Source of the DNA: Geosiphon pyriformis uo1
Lineage: Eukaryota > Fungi > Glomeromycota
DNA: 64,000 nt
NCBI GenBank assembly: GCA_016748015.1
Contig: JAAOMT010000384.1
Span: 186,001 to 250,000 of the forward strand
Direction of reading: 5' to 3'
This document shows, piece after piece, positions 1-13,065 of this stretch. A program made the translations under genes and the position numbers. The notes below the pieces were generated by a model, which did no database searches, was not told the DNA's origin, and saw only the letters and a list, made by a program, of their open reading frames with translations. Positions within the stretch are counted from its first letter, which is position 1. The number at the start of each line of letters is the position of its first letter.

Positions 1-243
1 GATTTATACTATAGAAATTAAGATGATCAAATTACACAATACTCTAAACCATTTAATATAGTCAAAATTCGCCAAAATTAATAGAAAAATCGCTAAAATA
101 ATCAATAATTTGTAGAAATAATTTGTAGTTTGCTGAAATGTATTTTTAGTCCAAATTGTAGAAAAGAAAAAAGTACAAGTTTAAAGACTAGTACTATAAC
201 AAGTTGTATAAAAGAAAAGCTTCTCTCTTCAAGAAAATATATC

Positions 244-1155
244 CTTCCCATTGTTACAGGTGACAATTTCTGGTGTTAAATTAAATACGAACCCATAACT
301 TAATGCTCAAAGCTATTCTTGTTGTCGATGATCTGAAGGTTTGGTATCTGAAAGTTTTGTATCTGAAGAGTTTGGTTGAGTTCTTTGTATAATGGACAGA
401 GATTCAATGGTGATAGTTTTTTCCATAGCTTCCTGAAACTGCAGTTTCGTCAATTTCTTTCTTAGCTTAATGACTGGTATTTCTTCTGATAAGTTATCTT
501 CAATCGAGTGTTCTACTCTTATTTCTGGGTCTTTTACCAGTTACGTTTATCCTTACATCAGTGCCCCACATGTTAATCCTCAATAGAGTTAGTAAACAAC
601 AATAAAATCAAAGTAAGAAAATAAAAAAAATAAAATAAAATAAAGAAAAAAAAGAAATAAGCCAAGGCGATTTGCAAGTTAGTATTCCATCAATAGCCGT
701 AATCAAGAGCTATTGTTCCAGTGTGGTTAAGTATCAATTACTATCAACATTTTATGTTGATAGTAGAAATGGGTTTAAGATAACAAATAGTTATTTATTA
801 GATGATTGTAATTTGGAGAGTTGCTTAGATTAAATCTAAAACTAAGAGGTCTGTCTTTTTAGCTTCTAATCCTGCTGCTATATATACATAATTGAGATTC
901 CTCAATTCCTCAATTCTTTATGACAGGAATCCTGGAATTCCTGGAATTTTGTGATTCCTTTGAGAGGAATCCTGGAATTCTGGAATTCTGCGATTTCTCA
1001 TCAGGGAATCCTGAAATTCCTGGAATCCTGCAATTCCTGAGAGGAATTCTGGAATTCCATATTTACTATGCCTACTTCTGATTGGCTAATAATCATGCTA
1101 ATATATTTCCTATATTTCTATGAGTAATACCATATTCTTCTCATATTTTATCATA
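244..1155 (-). mobile_element. ~0.9 kb insertion, probably the LTR/leader fragment of a third LTR-retrotransposon family (C)
   Basis: Interrupts LTR-A with ATATC/GTATC-like flanks; the minus strand starts TATGATA (TGTGATA-like) and then has CCAAT (~1081-1085), a tandem array and a TATA box (~880-890); no other copy in the window. Confidence 0.5.
925..1060. repeat. Tandem array of ~40 bp units built from GGAATCC/GGAATTCC near-palindromes
   Basis: About 3.3 copies of ggaatcctggaattc(c)tggaatt.tg.gatt.ct are directly visible. Confidence 0.85.
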
Positions 1156-1720
1156 GTATCTTACTTTAGACATCTTAATTAGAACAAATCACTTTTTACA
1201 AAAACCAAATAAAAATTAAATATTCGAAAACCAAATTCTTAAATTATTATACTTGAAATTCTCTCAACACAACTAACGTTTTGAAATTGATTAGCTACCA
1301 ATTTCAATAAACTGTTAGGTACTCCAGGCCTGGATAGAAAACATTTCCCTTGACAGAATTCTATTTCTTTTACATTTCTTTTATTTTCTTTCTTTTTTTT
1401 CTTATTATAATCATTAGGGTAGCCTACAGACAAGATTCCTGTAAAAAAGTTGACTTTTACAGCAAAGTAATTACACATTTTTAGTGAGCTTCCAGACAAG
1501 CAATTTCTGGAAAAGAGTTGACATTTACTACAACATAACTACACAAAGTAACTGGCACGGAATTGGCTATTTTACTTATAAGTCCAGCAGTTCAAATTAT
1601 AGAAGATAATTTGAAGATAAATTCAGTTATTGGAGGTTCAACTACTTCTAGAAAATGTGAATTTAAAACAAACAAACATTAATAATATTTAAGAAAAGAG
1701 ACCAAAAACTTCCGGTAATA

Positions 1721-4020
1721 ATGTTCTGGCTACATTTCCCTTAAAAAATACTAGTAAAAAGCTGCCTTTAGTGGCTTCTAGTTCATTTTTTTCACACTTG
1801 GTTAGTAGTTCTTCTTCAGTTAAAGTTCTTTCCAAAAAACACATTCGGGTTAGTCCCAGTGTTGTCTTTACCACTTCAAAAAGCCCAAAGATTTTTAATA
1901 ACAGATCAGTCAACAAAGTTGGTCTTTTCTGCTCTCATCACTCTCATTACTACTTTTACTACTACTGCTTCACAAACGGCCACTAAAGCAAAAAATTCCA
2001 AAAAACAGCAGCAGACAGTCACAACTGCTATAGTTACACCGAACCCCTTTGTGGTTCCAGATGAGATCTTTAATAAGATCTTCACAGCAGCAGCCAGTCT
2101 TCTTCCTGATATGGATGGCAATAGCAGCAGCATGTCTTCCAAGTTGGGCCAAGATCAACCACTGGCTGTGCTGCCTAATGTGGTACTCTTTGGCAAATCA
2201 TTGCCAATCCCAGTAGCAAAACAGCCTATCAATCCAGATGATTTCAAAAATTGAACTGATCAGATAGAAATGGAATCATTTACTCCTTCCCCAGTTTCTG
2301 GTGTTGCTGATGGAAGTGCTTGGATGAATGTAAATGGTCAATAAAGATTCTCTGGGTGGGTGGCCTCCACTCTTGTGCCTGGTGTCATATTTAAGATCAA
2401 AATGGCCCTTCTTAGTTCTTTGTTTCAGCTTCTGTCTGGTTGTATTGGGCTTAAGTCAGTTTTACGAGATGCTGTCAAGTTGTTTTGTGTGAAATTTGCA
2501 TTTCAAGAAAATTTAACTGGTGCCACCAAAGTGGTCATTGGTAATGAAGTTTTTTTGACCACTTTTAAGATTGCACAGTCTTTTGGTGTAGTCTCTGTTT
2601 TTTTCCCTCTTTTGTTAGTTGCACTTTGTAATGTATCTTTGAATACCTCTTCTGATAACATTAAAACTGCTCTTGGCATTTTTGGTGTTGTCACTTCTGT
2701 TAAGTTGAAGCCTGCTGGCTTATGGCAATATGCTATGATTAACTTCAAAAACACTTTTTTTACTGCTGCTGCTTTCTCTAACTGGTTTGTATTGGTCAGA
2801 AAAGACAGCATTAGGATTCTTCTCATTGTTAACCAAAAGAAAGTTATCTTCTCAAGAGATGTATTCAAAGCTAAGTTGGTTAATCTTCCATTTGGCTGTA
2901 CTGCCTTTGAGATAAGTGATTTGGTCTCTTAAGTTGGTGACTGTACATGTTTCATTTTTTGCTTTTCTGAATCTTATTGACATCAACATTTTGCTGTGAT
3001 TACCTTTGATTCTTTAGAATCTCTAAATGTTGCTGTGTCAAAAACTAGTACCTTGCATGGTTGTTACATCTGGTGGAAAACTCCTGGATGTCACTACTGC
3101 TATAGGTGTCAAGACTTGGATCATTTGGCCATGGACTGTAAAAAGTCACTTCTTTCTCCATCCAAACTTTCCTCTAACACTTTTGGTGGCCCAAAAATTT
3201 TCAAACCTTTGTTTGCTGAACTTAAATCTTATGCCAAAGCTGCTGCTTTTGTGGTTTCTCCTGGTGCTGCTGCTGATATAAACTTGGATCTTGGTGGTCT
3301 TTCCAAAACTACAACACCCATGGTGCCTGTTGTACCTTCTGTTCCCAATTCTGCTGTTGAATTTAGGTTAGCTTCTTTGGAATCTCACCTTAGTAAACTA
3401 TTTGTGTTGATAAAATTCTTAGTTGAGCCTGTTGGTGCTCTTGTTACATTGGTTACTAAATTGCTGCCTACTTCATCTGCCGTGGATATGTCAGTTAAAG
3501 AATGTGTAGATGGGTTGGCTAAGCAAAATAAAGGCTTGGCTGCTGTTGCCACTGTGATGCAAAAAAGATTAACACGTCTTGAGTCAATAAGTGAATGAAT
3601 CTGCTTGGAGAATAGATTAGATGTTGATAACATGATTGATGATATTGATGATGATAATGATGATGAAGATAAAGATTTTCCAGTTTATGATAACACTTTT
3701 GATATCATGATTCACCTATGGGAAGATCAGCCTTTAAAAATCAAATCCAGTCCTAATCAGACTGCTAAGTGAATAAGCAGTATAGTTAAGAATAATTATG
3801 AGCTTGTTAGCATTATGGGTAAGATATATGAATTAGATATGTTTGATACATTAAGTAGCAAAGGTAATACTAGTGTGTAGTTAGAGTTTTCCACTTGTGG
3901 TTAGCTGTATCTTGTGATTTTGTATTATTGGGTGAGCTGGCTTTATGAAACTGCCATATTACTGTGGTCATAACTAATAAACGACTGGCATGACTACACA
4001 TTAACAAAAAAAAAAAAAAA
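1721..4020 (+). mobile_element. ORF1-only non-autonomous non-LTR element (HAL1-like), copy 1; its 5' end is cut off by the LTR-A insertion
   Basis: Fragmented ORF (1771-3880) with RRM-like and CYRCQDLDHLAMDC knuckle motifs; LINE-like 3' tail; poly(A) 4006-4020. Confidence 0.9.
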
Positions 4021-4331
4021 CATGTGAGCTCTACAACATTCTAAAAAGTTATAACACCTCAGTTCTGAAAAATACATCTACAGCAGTGCCAATTTATGTG
4101 ATTAATGCTATTGCTGAGCATGCAAGAGAATTTGATAATAAGGCTTGATTCACATTTCAGGACATGAAAAAAGCATATGACTCAGTAAGATGGAAACCCA
4201 TAGAAGCTGCACTAAAAAAGATCAAAATAAACAATAGGTTTACTGAGCTATTTGGCTTGATGCACAACAATAGAAGCAATAGGATCATAACTGAATTTGA
4301 GTTAAGTGACAAATATCAAGTACAGGATGGG
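4021..4331 (+). pseudogene. LINE ORF2 reverse transcriptase fragment
   Basis: FQDMKKAYDSV motif; matches 33148-33455 and 43441-43751. Confidence 0.9.
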
Positions 4332-6721
4332 AACAAAAACTCTTTTTCTTCTATATTTTATGACCACAAATAGAGTTAAGAGTAAAAAAGTTGTAAACAT
4401 TACTTTTCTTATAGTAACTAATAAAGTTTCAACAAAATGTTCTGGCAATATTTTCTTTAAAAAATACTAGTGATAAGCTGTTTTTAGTGGCTTCTGGTTT
4501 GTTTTTTTTACCTTTGGCTGGTAATTTTTCTTTAGTCAAAGTTCTTTCCAAAAGACACTTTCGGGTTAGTCCCAGTGTTGTCTCTACTACTTCTAAAAGC
4601 CCAAAGATTTTTAATAACAGACCAGTCAACAAGTTGGTCTTTCCTGCTCTCATCATTCCCACTACTACTTCTATTACTACTGCTTCACAAATGGCTGCAA
4701 AAGCAAAAAATTCCAAAAAACAGCAGCAAACAGTCACAACTGCTATGGTCACAATGAACCCCTTTGTGGTTCCAGATAAGATCTTCAATAAGATCTCCAC
4801 AGCAGCAGCCAGCTTTTTTCTTGATATGGATGGCAACAGCAGCAGCATATCTCCCAAGATAGGCCAAGATCAACTACTGGCTGTGTTGTCTGATATGGTA
4901 CTCTCCAGCAGATTATTGCCAATTCCAGTAGCAAAACAGTCCATCAATCTAAATGATCTCAAAGATTGGGCTGATTAGATAGAAATAGAATTAACTGTCT
5001 CTCTTCCAGTTTTTAGTGCTGCTGATAGTGGTGCTTGGGAAAATGTGAATGGTCATCAAAAGTTCTCTGGTTGGATGGCCTCCAATCTAGTACCTGGTGC
5101 TACATTTAAGATCAAAATGGCCCTGTTTGGTTCCTTGTTTTAGTTGCTGCCTGGTTGTATTGGGCTTAAGTTAGTTTTACAAGATGCTGTTAAGTTGTTC
5201 TGTGTAGAATTTGCATCTCAAAAGAGTCTAAATGGTGCTACCAAAGTGGTTATTAGTGATGAAGTTTTTTTGACCACTCTTAAGATTGCATGGTTTTCTG
5301 GTGTGGCCTCTGTTTCTTCCCCTTCCTTGTCAGTTGCATTGCACAATGTACTTTTGGGTACCTCTTTTGATAACATCAAAACTGCTCTTGGCATTTATGG
5401 TGTTGTCACTTCTGTTAAGTTGAAGCCTGCTGGCTTATGGCAATATGCTGTGGTTAATTTTAAGGACATTTTTTCTGCTGCTGCTGCTTTCTCTAACTGG
5501 TCTGTATTGGTCAGAAAAGATAGTGTTAGGATTCTTTCCATTGTCAACCAAAAGAAGATAATCTCCTCAAGAGATGCATTCAAAGCTAAGTTGGTCAATC
5601 TTCCATTTGGCTGTACTGCCTTTGAGATAAGTGATTTGGTCTCCCAAGTTGGTGGCTGTATATGTTTCATTCCTCACTCCCCTGAATCTTATTGACGTCA
5701 ACACTTTGCTGTGGTTACCTTTGATTCTTTAGAATCTCTGAATGTTGCTGTGTCAAAAACTGGTATCTTGTGTGGTTGTCACATCTGATAGAAAACTCCT
5801 GAGTGTTACTGCTGCTACAGGTGTCAAGACTTGAGTTATTTGGCTGTGAACTGCAAAATGTTGTCTTCTTTCCCACCCAAACTTCCTTCCAACTCCATTG
5901 GTGGCCCCAAAAATTTCAAATCTTCATTTGTTGAATCTAAATCTTATGCCAAGACTGCTGTTTTTGTGGTTCTTCCTGGTGCTGCTGCTGCTGATATGGA
6001 CTTGGATCTTGGTGGTTCTTCCAAAACAGCAACACTTATGTTGTCTGCCATTCCTTCTGTTTTCAATACTGCTGTTGAATCTAAGTTGGCTTCTTTTAAA
6101 TCCCATCTTAGTAAACTATCTGTGTTGATTAAATTTTTAATTGAACCTGTTGGTGCTCTGGTTGCATTGGTTACCAAATTGCTGTTTACTCCATCTGCTG
6201 TGGATGTGTTAGTTAAGGAATGTGTGGATGGGTTGGCTAAGCAAAATAAAGGCTTGGCTGCTGTTGCTTTTGTGATACAGAAAAGAATGACATGTTTTGA
6301 GAAAATATGTAAATAAGTCTGCTTGGAGGAAGAATCTGATGTTGATGACATGGTTGATAATATTGATAATGATGATAATGAAAATAAAGACTTTTTAGTT
6401 TATGATAACACCTTTAATGTCATAATGCATCTATGAGAAGATCAGCCTTCCAGAATCAAATCCAGTCCTGATCAGACTGCTAAGTGGATAAGTAGTATGG
6501 TTAAGAATAGTTATAAGCTTGTTAGCATTATGAATAAAATGTATGAATTAGATATGTTTGATACATTAGGTAGCAAAAGTAATACTAGTGTGGTTAGCTG
6601 CATTTTGTGATTTTGTATTATTGGGTAAGCTGGCTTTATGAAAAAGTCTTGTTCTTTGAGTATGGCTAAACTAATAAAAGATCAGTATGGCTACATGTTA
6701 ACCAAAAAAAAAAAAAAAAAA
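4332..6721 (+). mobile_element. ORF1-only element (HAL1-like), copy 2, near full length with small internal deletions
   Basis: 5' end aaaaactcttt..ATGACCACAAATAGAG as in the copy at 48073; broken ORF; shared tail; poly(A) to 6721; flanks do not form a TSD. Confidence 0.9.
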
Positions 6722-7802
6722 CTGTAACAATATCAGCAACAATTCTAACAAGTTTGTGATTCATGCATTTTTTTTTTGTGTGTGCAGATTGGGCTCTCAC
6801 TTTTTTTTTTGGTAGGCAATCAGCAGCTTTTAACACAGTCTTCTTGATTGTAAGCCACATCTGGTTTAGATCACTATTACTGTTATCTACTGATTTTCTT
6901 TGTGCTTCATTTATTAATTGATCATTTTTTCTTGCATAGATCTCTCATTGTACTCCAAATGCTTTTTTAACATCAATCATAGTTTTGATACTCTTCTTTC
7001 TTCCAGATCTAGATTTTTTAGTGTCTGCCAATATTCTGCCAGATCAAATGATTGTTACTACCACTTTGTGATCAGTGTTAAATGATTTATTAACATCAAT
7101 CACTCCAATGTTTGTGACTAGTGAAACTGTAACAATATTAGTAAACACATAGTCCAATCTTTTTTGTACTCTATTTGATGCCTATGTATCATCTGGGATG
7201 TTTGCTGCATACATTCTATGTGTATTCACCAGATTCATCTGTTGCAGTGGGACATTTTTTTTCTTTGTTTGTGGCAAATGTTTTTTCTAGTAATTTGGAT
7301 GCCAGATCTTCATTCAAATCACCTTCCACTATGACTATTTTTTTTGTTTTGTACAATGTCTGCTAAAAGTTTTCTGATCTTTTTTGCTACTGTCTTTTCA
7401 GTGGTTGATTTTAAAGCAAACATGTACAGTCCAACTATGTATACACTTATCTTATCCCTAAATTTCAATACCAAATGTAATAGTCTTTCATAATAACCCC
7501 TAATTATTTTTACATAGTAAGTCCAACATTTTTTTACCAGTATACTCACTTCAGTCTCTATTTGTTTCTCAGTGCTTGACTTCCAAAAGGTGTGATATTC
7601 CTCAGAGCCAAAAAACATCCCTTTTTTTTGAGTGGGTTCAGTTTAGTTTCTGTAATGACTACAAAGTCAAATTGTTTTTTTTTAATTCATTGTAGTACTT
7701 TTTCAGCTTTGCCAGAATTGTTAAGTTCTTTAACATTAATAGTTTCTATTTTCCAAGTATTATTATCAGCAATGTTCTGTTCTAAATTGAGGTTGGATGT
7801 AC
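6722..7802 (-). pseudogene. LINE ORF2 endonuclease (APE) region fragment
   Basis: Reverse complement of 41630-42655; FFGSEEYHTFWKSS, GDLNED, LDYVF and TDHKV motifs. Confidence 0.9.
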
Positions 7803-8438
7803 TGTTATGAGTTGGAGTAACAAGCTAATGGATAGCAAGGGAGAACAGGATTATAGGGTGATAAAAAAGATCAAAGGGAATTCAATTTCAAAGAGCAAAT
7901 TGAATGAATATAGATTCAATATGCAAGATCAGTCTCATAAAATATCTCAGTCACTATACTTTTCAAAAAGATAACCAGAGAATCTGAAGGTAGAGGAATA
8001 GTCCATACTGTCAACAAATGATTACACCTGGTATAATTTTTTGCCTTATGTTAGCACTTTTAGAATTCAATATTAGGTATTAGATGTATTTTTCAGTCAC
8101 ATTTTATTCAATAATCTTCAAATGCTGCAATTACATGTTTCAGAAAAAAAGTAGGAAATAACCAACAAGTAGTTTTTTATCCCAAGATGTTCAGATACTT
8201 GAAGGTAGAGAAAAGGAAATTAGTAATAAAAAAAGGATTGAGATGAAAGTTGTTATTTTATTTTATTTTATTTTTTTTTGATTCTTACATGCTTTTCTAC
8301 AACTAAGAGATTTATTACTTATATAGTTATCAAAAATGGTCAATGATCAGGTTAATAATCAGATCAATGATTATTTTCTAAAAATAGAGTGGCTAATTAT
8401 ATGATAATTAATAAAAAGTGTAGGTTTCAACTGTAATA
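7803..8438 (-). repeat. Gypsy family B 3' LTR (copy B1)
   Basis: TGTTATGA..CTGTAATA termini; matches 24167-24807; purine tract adjacent at 8439-8450 on the minus strand; left flank GTAC. Confidence 0.92.
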
Positions 8439-9060
8439 TCATTTTCTCCAAAGAGATTGAGCTTTAGTGAAATCAAGTTATTCATAGTGTAATCTATTTG
8501 AAGAGTTTTATCTAACTCAAAACTAACTAGTTTGTTGAAGTCTTTTGTGTATAAGATATATAATACTTGAGGCAAAATAAGTTTTGTATTTAAGAGGCCA
8601 AATCTTTGTATTAGAGTTTTGGCTCTTTTAGCAATAGTTAAAACTCTTGAAACATCTAACCGTATAATGTCCAAAATTTCTGCTTGTATCTTTGAAGTTG
8701 TTTTCTTCATGAGTTTCATATCCTCTATAATTTCACTAAGATGACCATAGAGTTCTAATTGCCTTCCATATGACAAATTTTTGTCTATAGACAAGATTTC
8801 TTGAATTGTTTTTCCAATTATGCTGTTATACTTTCTAACAAATATTTATTCATTTTGCTACCAATTTTTTTTCTTCTGGTAGTAGTTTTCTTTGGTCTAA
8901 TAACAGTATGTGTTTTACTATGATCAGTTATAGTGGTCTGTTTTCCAATGGTCAGAGTAGCATTTGAATAGTTTTTGATCCAATACTTATGAAGAGTATA
9001 AAAGGCATTTTGAATGTTTTAATCCAAAAAATAATTATTTATGTCAATTAAAAATACCTC
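8408..9060 (-). pseudogene. Family B extra 3' ORF (ORF3), disrupted copy
   Basis: The 128 aa ORF 8408-8794 closely matches the C-terminal half of ORF 23445-24197. Confidence 0.85.
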
Positions 9061-9084
9061 TGTTTTGGGAATAGTGCATTTATT

Positions 9085-10665
9085 TATACTTGATTTTTGC
9101 TGATCATTTGAGTTGGTATTATCACAACAGGCAGCCAATCAGGTCATTTATAATATTTTTTGAGTCATGTATCATGAACAGAATGATCATTGAAGATTGT
9201 TCTGATCTTGAAGAATATAAGAACCATTGTTCAAATCTTTGTTAACTATAAAGGGTCCTTTCCACTGGCTAGAAAATTTATCACCATAAACATTGTCTTT
9301 GTCAGAATATTATTCTAGTACCAAGTTACTAACACTTAAAGAAAGTGTTTTATAGATTTTTTTTTCTTAAGCTTTTTTTGGAACTGTTTTATCTTTTCAA
9401 AAGCAATTATTCATGCTTCTATCAAAGAGTTAAGAATGATATCAAGTCTTCTTTGCAAAATGTCTTTGTAATTTCTTATTGTGATCTCTTCAAAGGGTAT
9501 TGTCTCAATGTTAGTTTCTATTGGTAGTGTTACAGATTAGAGTAACAAGTTAACAGATAGCAAAGGAGAACAGAATTGTAGGGTGATAGAAATAATCAAA
9601 GGGGAATTCAACTTTAAAGAGCAAATTGAATGAGTATGGATTCAATGTGTGAGATTAGTCTTATAAAATATTTTAGTCGCTATTCTTTTTAAAGGTAACT
9701 GAAAAATTTGAAGGTAGAGGAATAGTCTGTACTGTTAACAATTGATTACCACTAGTATAATTCTATGTCTTACATTGGTGCTCTTAGAATTCAATATCAG
9801 GTATTAACTTGTGCTTTTCAGTCACGTTTATTCAAATAATCTTCAAATGCTACAATTATATACATCAAAAAAAGGCCAACAAGTAATCTTTTATCTTTAA
9901 GATGTTTAGATACTTGAAGGTAGGAAAAGAGAAATTAGCAATAAGAAAAGGATTGAGATGAAAGTTGTTATTTTATTTATTCTTTATTATTCAAATGCTT
10001 GTTATTACATGCTTTTCTACAGCTAAGAGATTCATTGCTTATATAGCTATTAAAAGTGGTCAATGATCAGGTCAATAATCACTTTTTAAAAATAGTATGG
10101 CTAATCATATAACATCAGTAGCTAATACATGTGATAATTAATAAGAAGTATAGGTCTTAACCATAACAGTAGTATTGTTATGTGTTCATAGAACAGATAA
10201 AAAAGTTCATAACTTGTTATGTTATGATTTACAATTCTATAAGCAAACAAAGCTGAAGACAATACTTTGTCTCATAAATTTGTTTTTTTACTGGTTTTGG
10301 CTAGGGTTTCACATAATGTTCTATTGAAATGTTCTACTAGATCATTTGTTTGGGGGTAATAAGAAAAGGAAAGTTTATAACATATTCCCATTTTTTTACA
10401 AAGTTCTTCAACCAGTGTACTGAGAAAAGCTCTTCCTCTATCAGATAAAAGTTATTTGGAGCAATCATGATGGCAAATAATATTTTTATAAATGAAATTG
10501 GCTATTAAGACTGCTGTTTGGTCAGAAGTGGCTTTTGCTTCTACCCACTTTGTAAAATAGTCAGTAGCTGTGATAATGTATCTGTTGCCATCAAGAGTTA
10601 TTGTTAAAGATCCAACAACATCTATACCAATTCTGTCAAATGGTTGACCAATAAAGATTGGATAG
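9085..10665 (-). pseudogene. Family B integrase core and C-terminus (copy B1), split by a solo LTR
   Basis: Reverse complement of ~22560-23500 (FDRIGIDVVG, GPF..NNGSY). Confidence 0.9.
9528..10168 (-). repeat. Solo LTR, family B
   Basis: TGTTACAG..CCATAACA; 4 bp TSD GTAG at 9524-9527 and 10169-10172. Confidence 0.95.
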
Positions 10666-10788
10666 GACTTTTTTTTTTTTTTTGACTGCTACCACACAAT
10701 TTACTACGCCTCAAATTTAAAAAATAAGTTTTTGCAAAGAAATCTTTAACTGAAATATATTATTATTACTATTACAACAGACTTAAAA

Positions 10789-13065
10789 GTGTCTGATAAC
10801 AAAGTCAACAATGAAGTGACAACAGTCATGCAAAGAAGTACAAGTGTAGATACTATTGATAGTGAATACCAAGTGGAAAGGAACATAACTTCTACTACTG
10901 AAGAAGAAGACATTAATGCTAATTCACAAAATTCATCAACTGTGGAAACTGCCAGACCTATTATGCCTCCATTTAGATTTAAAACTACCAATAGGCCATT
11001 TGGAAGTGTAAACACAAGTAATGGAGATGATACACCTTTTAGAATAGCCAACACATCAAAAAGAACAGCTCCACATAGGAGAGCGGTAGACTTTTCTCTG
11101 ATAACAGCTAACAGATTAGAGAAAAAGGCCAACAAAAAATACAGACACTTTGGAAGATTAAGCATAAAAGGGCTAACTGAGAAATTCACCCAAATATTTG
11201 AAGAAGACTTACCCAAAACCACATCTGTTTGAACCAATAACTTTGTCTTATAACCAATGTTCAACAAAGAAGGAAATAGCAACAAATTTCAAATGAAAGC
11301 TTGGACTGGTGAAAAAGGGGCCTCAAAGTCCCTAAGAAAAATAGATGAACCATCCAAAGTGCCTAAAAAAGACAGAAACAAAGCTGTACAAATAGAAGCA
11401 GCTCTAAGAAAGTGCAATCCTGATATTTTGGATAGAATCAACAGAGGAAATTCTGCATTAGAGAATGAAAAACAAATGGACAATCCATTTGATACAAACA
11501 GAGATAAGCCTAATGCAGATGATGTCACAGAAAACATGGAAGACTCTGAATCAAGCCTATCAAGCAGAATGGCTAGTTCAAGTCCAGAACAATATAGTAG
11601 TAGATTACTTGGCAAAAAACCCATGCTTATCGAAGCAAACCAGAAGGAAAAATGGAGAACAGTGATCCATGAGACCAAAAAGTATGTACTTTTTGTACAA
11701 GCATTAGATATACCTAAAAAAATCATGAGAAAGAAAATGGGATGGATCTATGATCTCTTGGGAGATGTCAGGTACCTTTTGGAGGCTGTAATAGCTAGAA
11801 ACCAAGAAATAAGAATGGATTTTTTTCAAGTGGCTGGAAAAGACCAAGCCAGAAAAATTCTGGCAAATAATAAAATTGAATCATTTTTGATGACTACTGA
11901 TGGCGTCAACATCCAAATGGCTGGTCAAAAAAAAGTCCTAGTAAGAGATATTCCCTTGGGCATCTCTGACAAAGAGGTGGGGGCTGCTATGAAAAAATTT
12001 GGTGAGGTCAAAAAAATTCAAATCAGAGTGGCTAGCAAATGGCAATCAACAGTGGTTGAATATAACAACCAAAAAGAAGCAACAAAAGCTGTAGATCAAT
12101 GGTCAACCATGGTTAGGAAAGATGCAGTCAGAATTTACCCAATAATTAGAACTCAAAAGATCATTGAGCAGAAAAAAACCTGGGAAGCTAAATTGGTAGA
12201 CCTACCACAAAACTATACTGCTTACTATTTGAGCACTACTTTGGACCAAATCAGAGCCTGATCTTGCTTCATCCCAAGAACTAGTAAAAATTACACAAGA
12301 ATGGACTGTGCCTATGTAGAATTTGACAGTAAAGCTAGCTGCAACAATGCCACTAAAAAGCCCTTGGTAATTGGTGACACACTGGTCTACTGGGTGCCTA
12401 TTGATGCTAAAGAGTGCCACTTCTGTTACCAGGTAGGACATTTGGTCTTAAAATGTCCAACCCTGCATAAGAAAAAAGAAGAAAATACCAAGAAAGTTAC
12501 TAACAATATTAAGTTGACAAAACTGTATGTTAAGAGAAATGTTCCAAAGGAAAACATCAAGGCTTTTGGTAGAAGATTATATGCTAATATGGCTGCACTC
12601 AGACTGCCCCATAACTGGAATAACACCAATCTAAACAATACTCAGAAATCTGGTCCACAAGTGAACAATAGGGAAAAACAATCAAAAAAAGGAGTTAACC
12701 AACCATAAAAGAGTAAAATTGATGAACTAAGACAGCAGGTCAATGAAATGACAAAACTGCTGAATGCAGTTGTTGCCAAACTTAAAGTGACAATAGAGAA
12801 AAATAAAAAAGTAATAGTTACTCAACAGCCAAGTAACACCTCAGAAAAAAAAGAAGTGGTAGAAATTGGGTTATCAAGCCAAAGTACTACATTGAAATCT
12901 ACTCCAGCAGGAAAAAAAGAGGCATACAACCCAGAATTGGAAATCAAAGAAATTAAAAAAACTTTGGAACCCATTCTGGAGTTACTGAAGCAAGTGAAAA
13001 AACAGAGTAGCTGGAGCAGTTCTACTGCTGAAGAATCTAAATCTATGGAAACAAATGATGTGTAG
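10789..13065 (+). pseudogene. LINE ORF1p (two RRM-like domains, CCHC zinc knuckle, coiled coil) with premature stops
   Basis: Same-frame ORF pieces 10789-11232, 11257-12261, 12301-12708, 12748-13065; VLVRDIPLG..FGEV; CHFCYQVGHLVLKC. Confidence 0.88.

Larger units (their letters stand above)
1..1720 (+). repeat. Divergent Gypsy family A LTR (3' or solo LTR), start outside the window, interrupted by an insert at ~244-1155
   Basis: Reverse-complement match to LTR 13468-14440 on both sides of the insert; TATAAAA at 207-213; ends CCGGTAATA at 1720 (consensus ..GTAACA) and is followed by ORF1-only element sequence rather than a PBS. Confidence 0.85.

Noticed and set aside
925-1060. Palindromic repeats as a possible CRISPR array
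   Set aside because: No unique spacers, degenerate units, eukaryotic retroelement context and no cas genes
1239-1499. Small ORFs inside family A LTRs (also 16094-16288)
   Set aside because: No recognisable motifs, start codons not conserved between LTR copies, and driven by A/T runs
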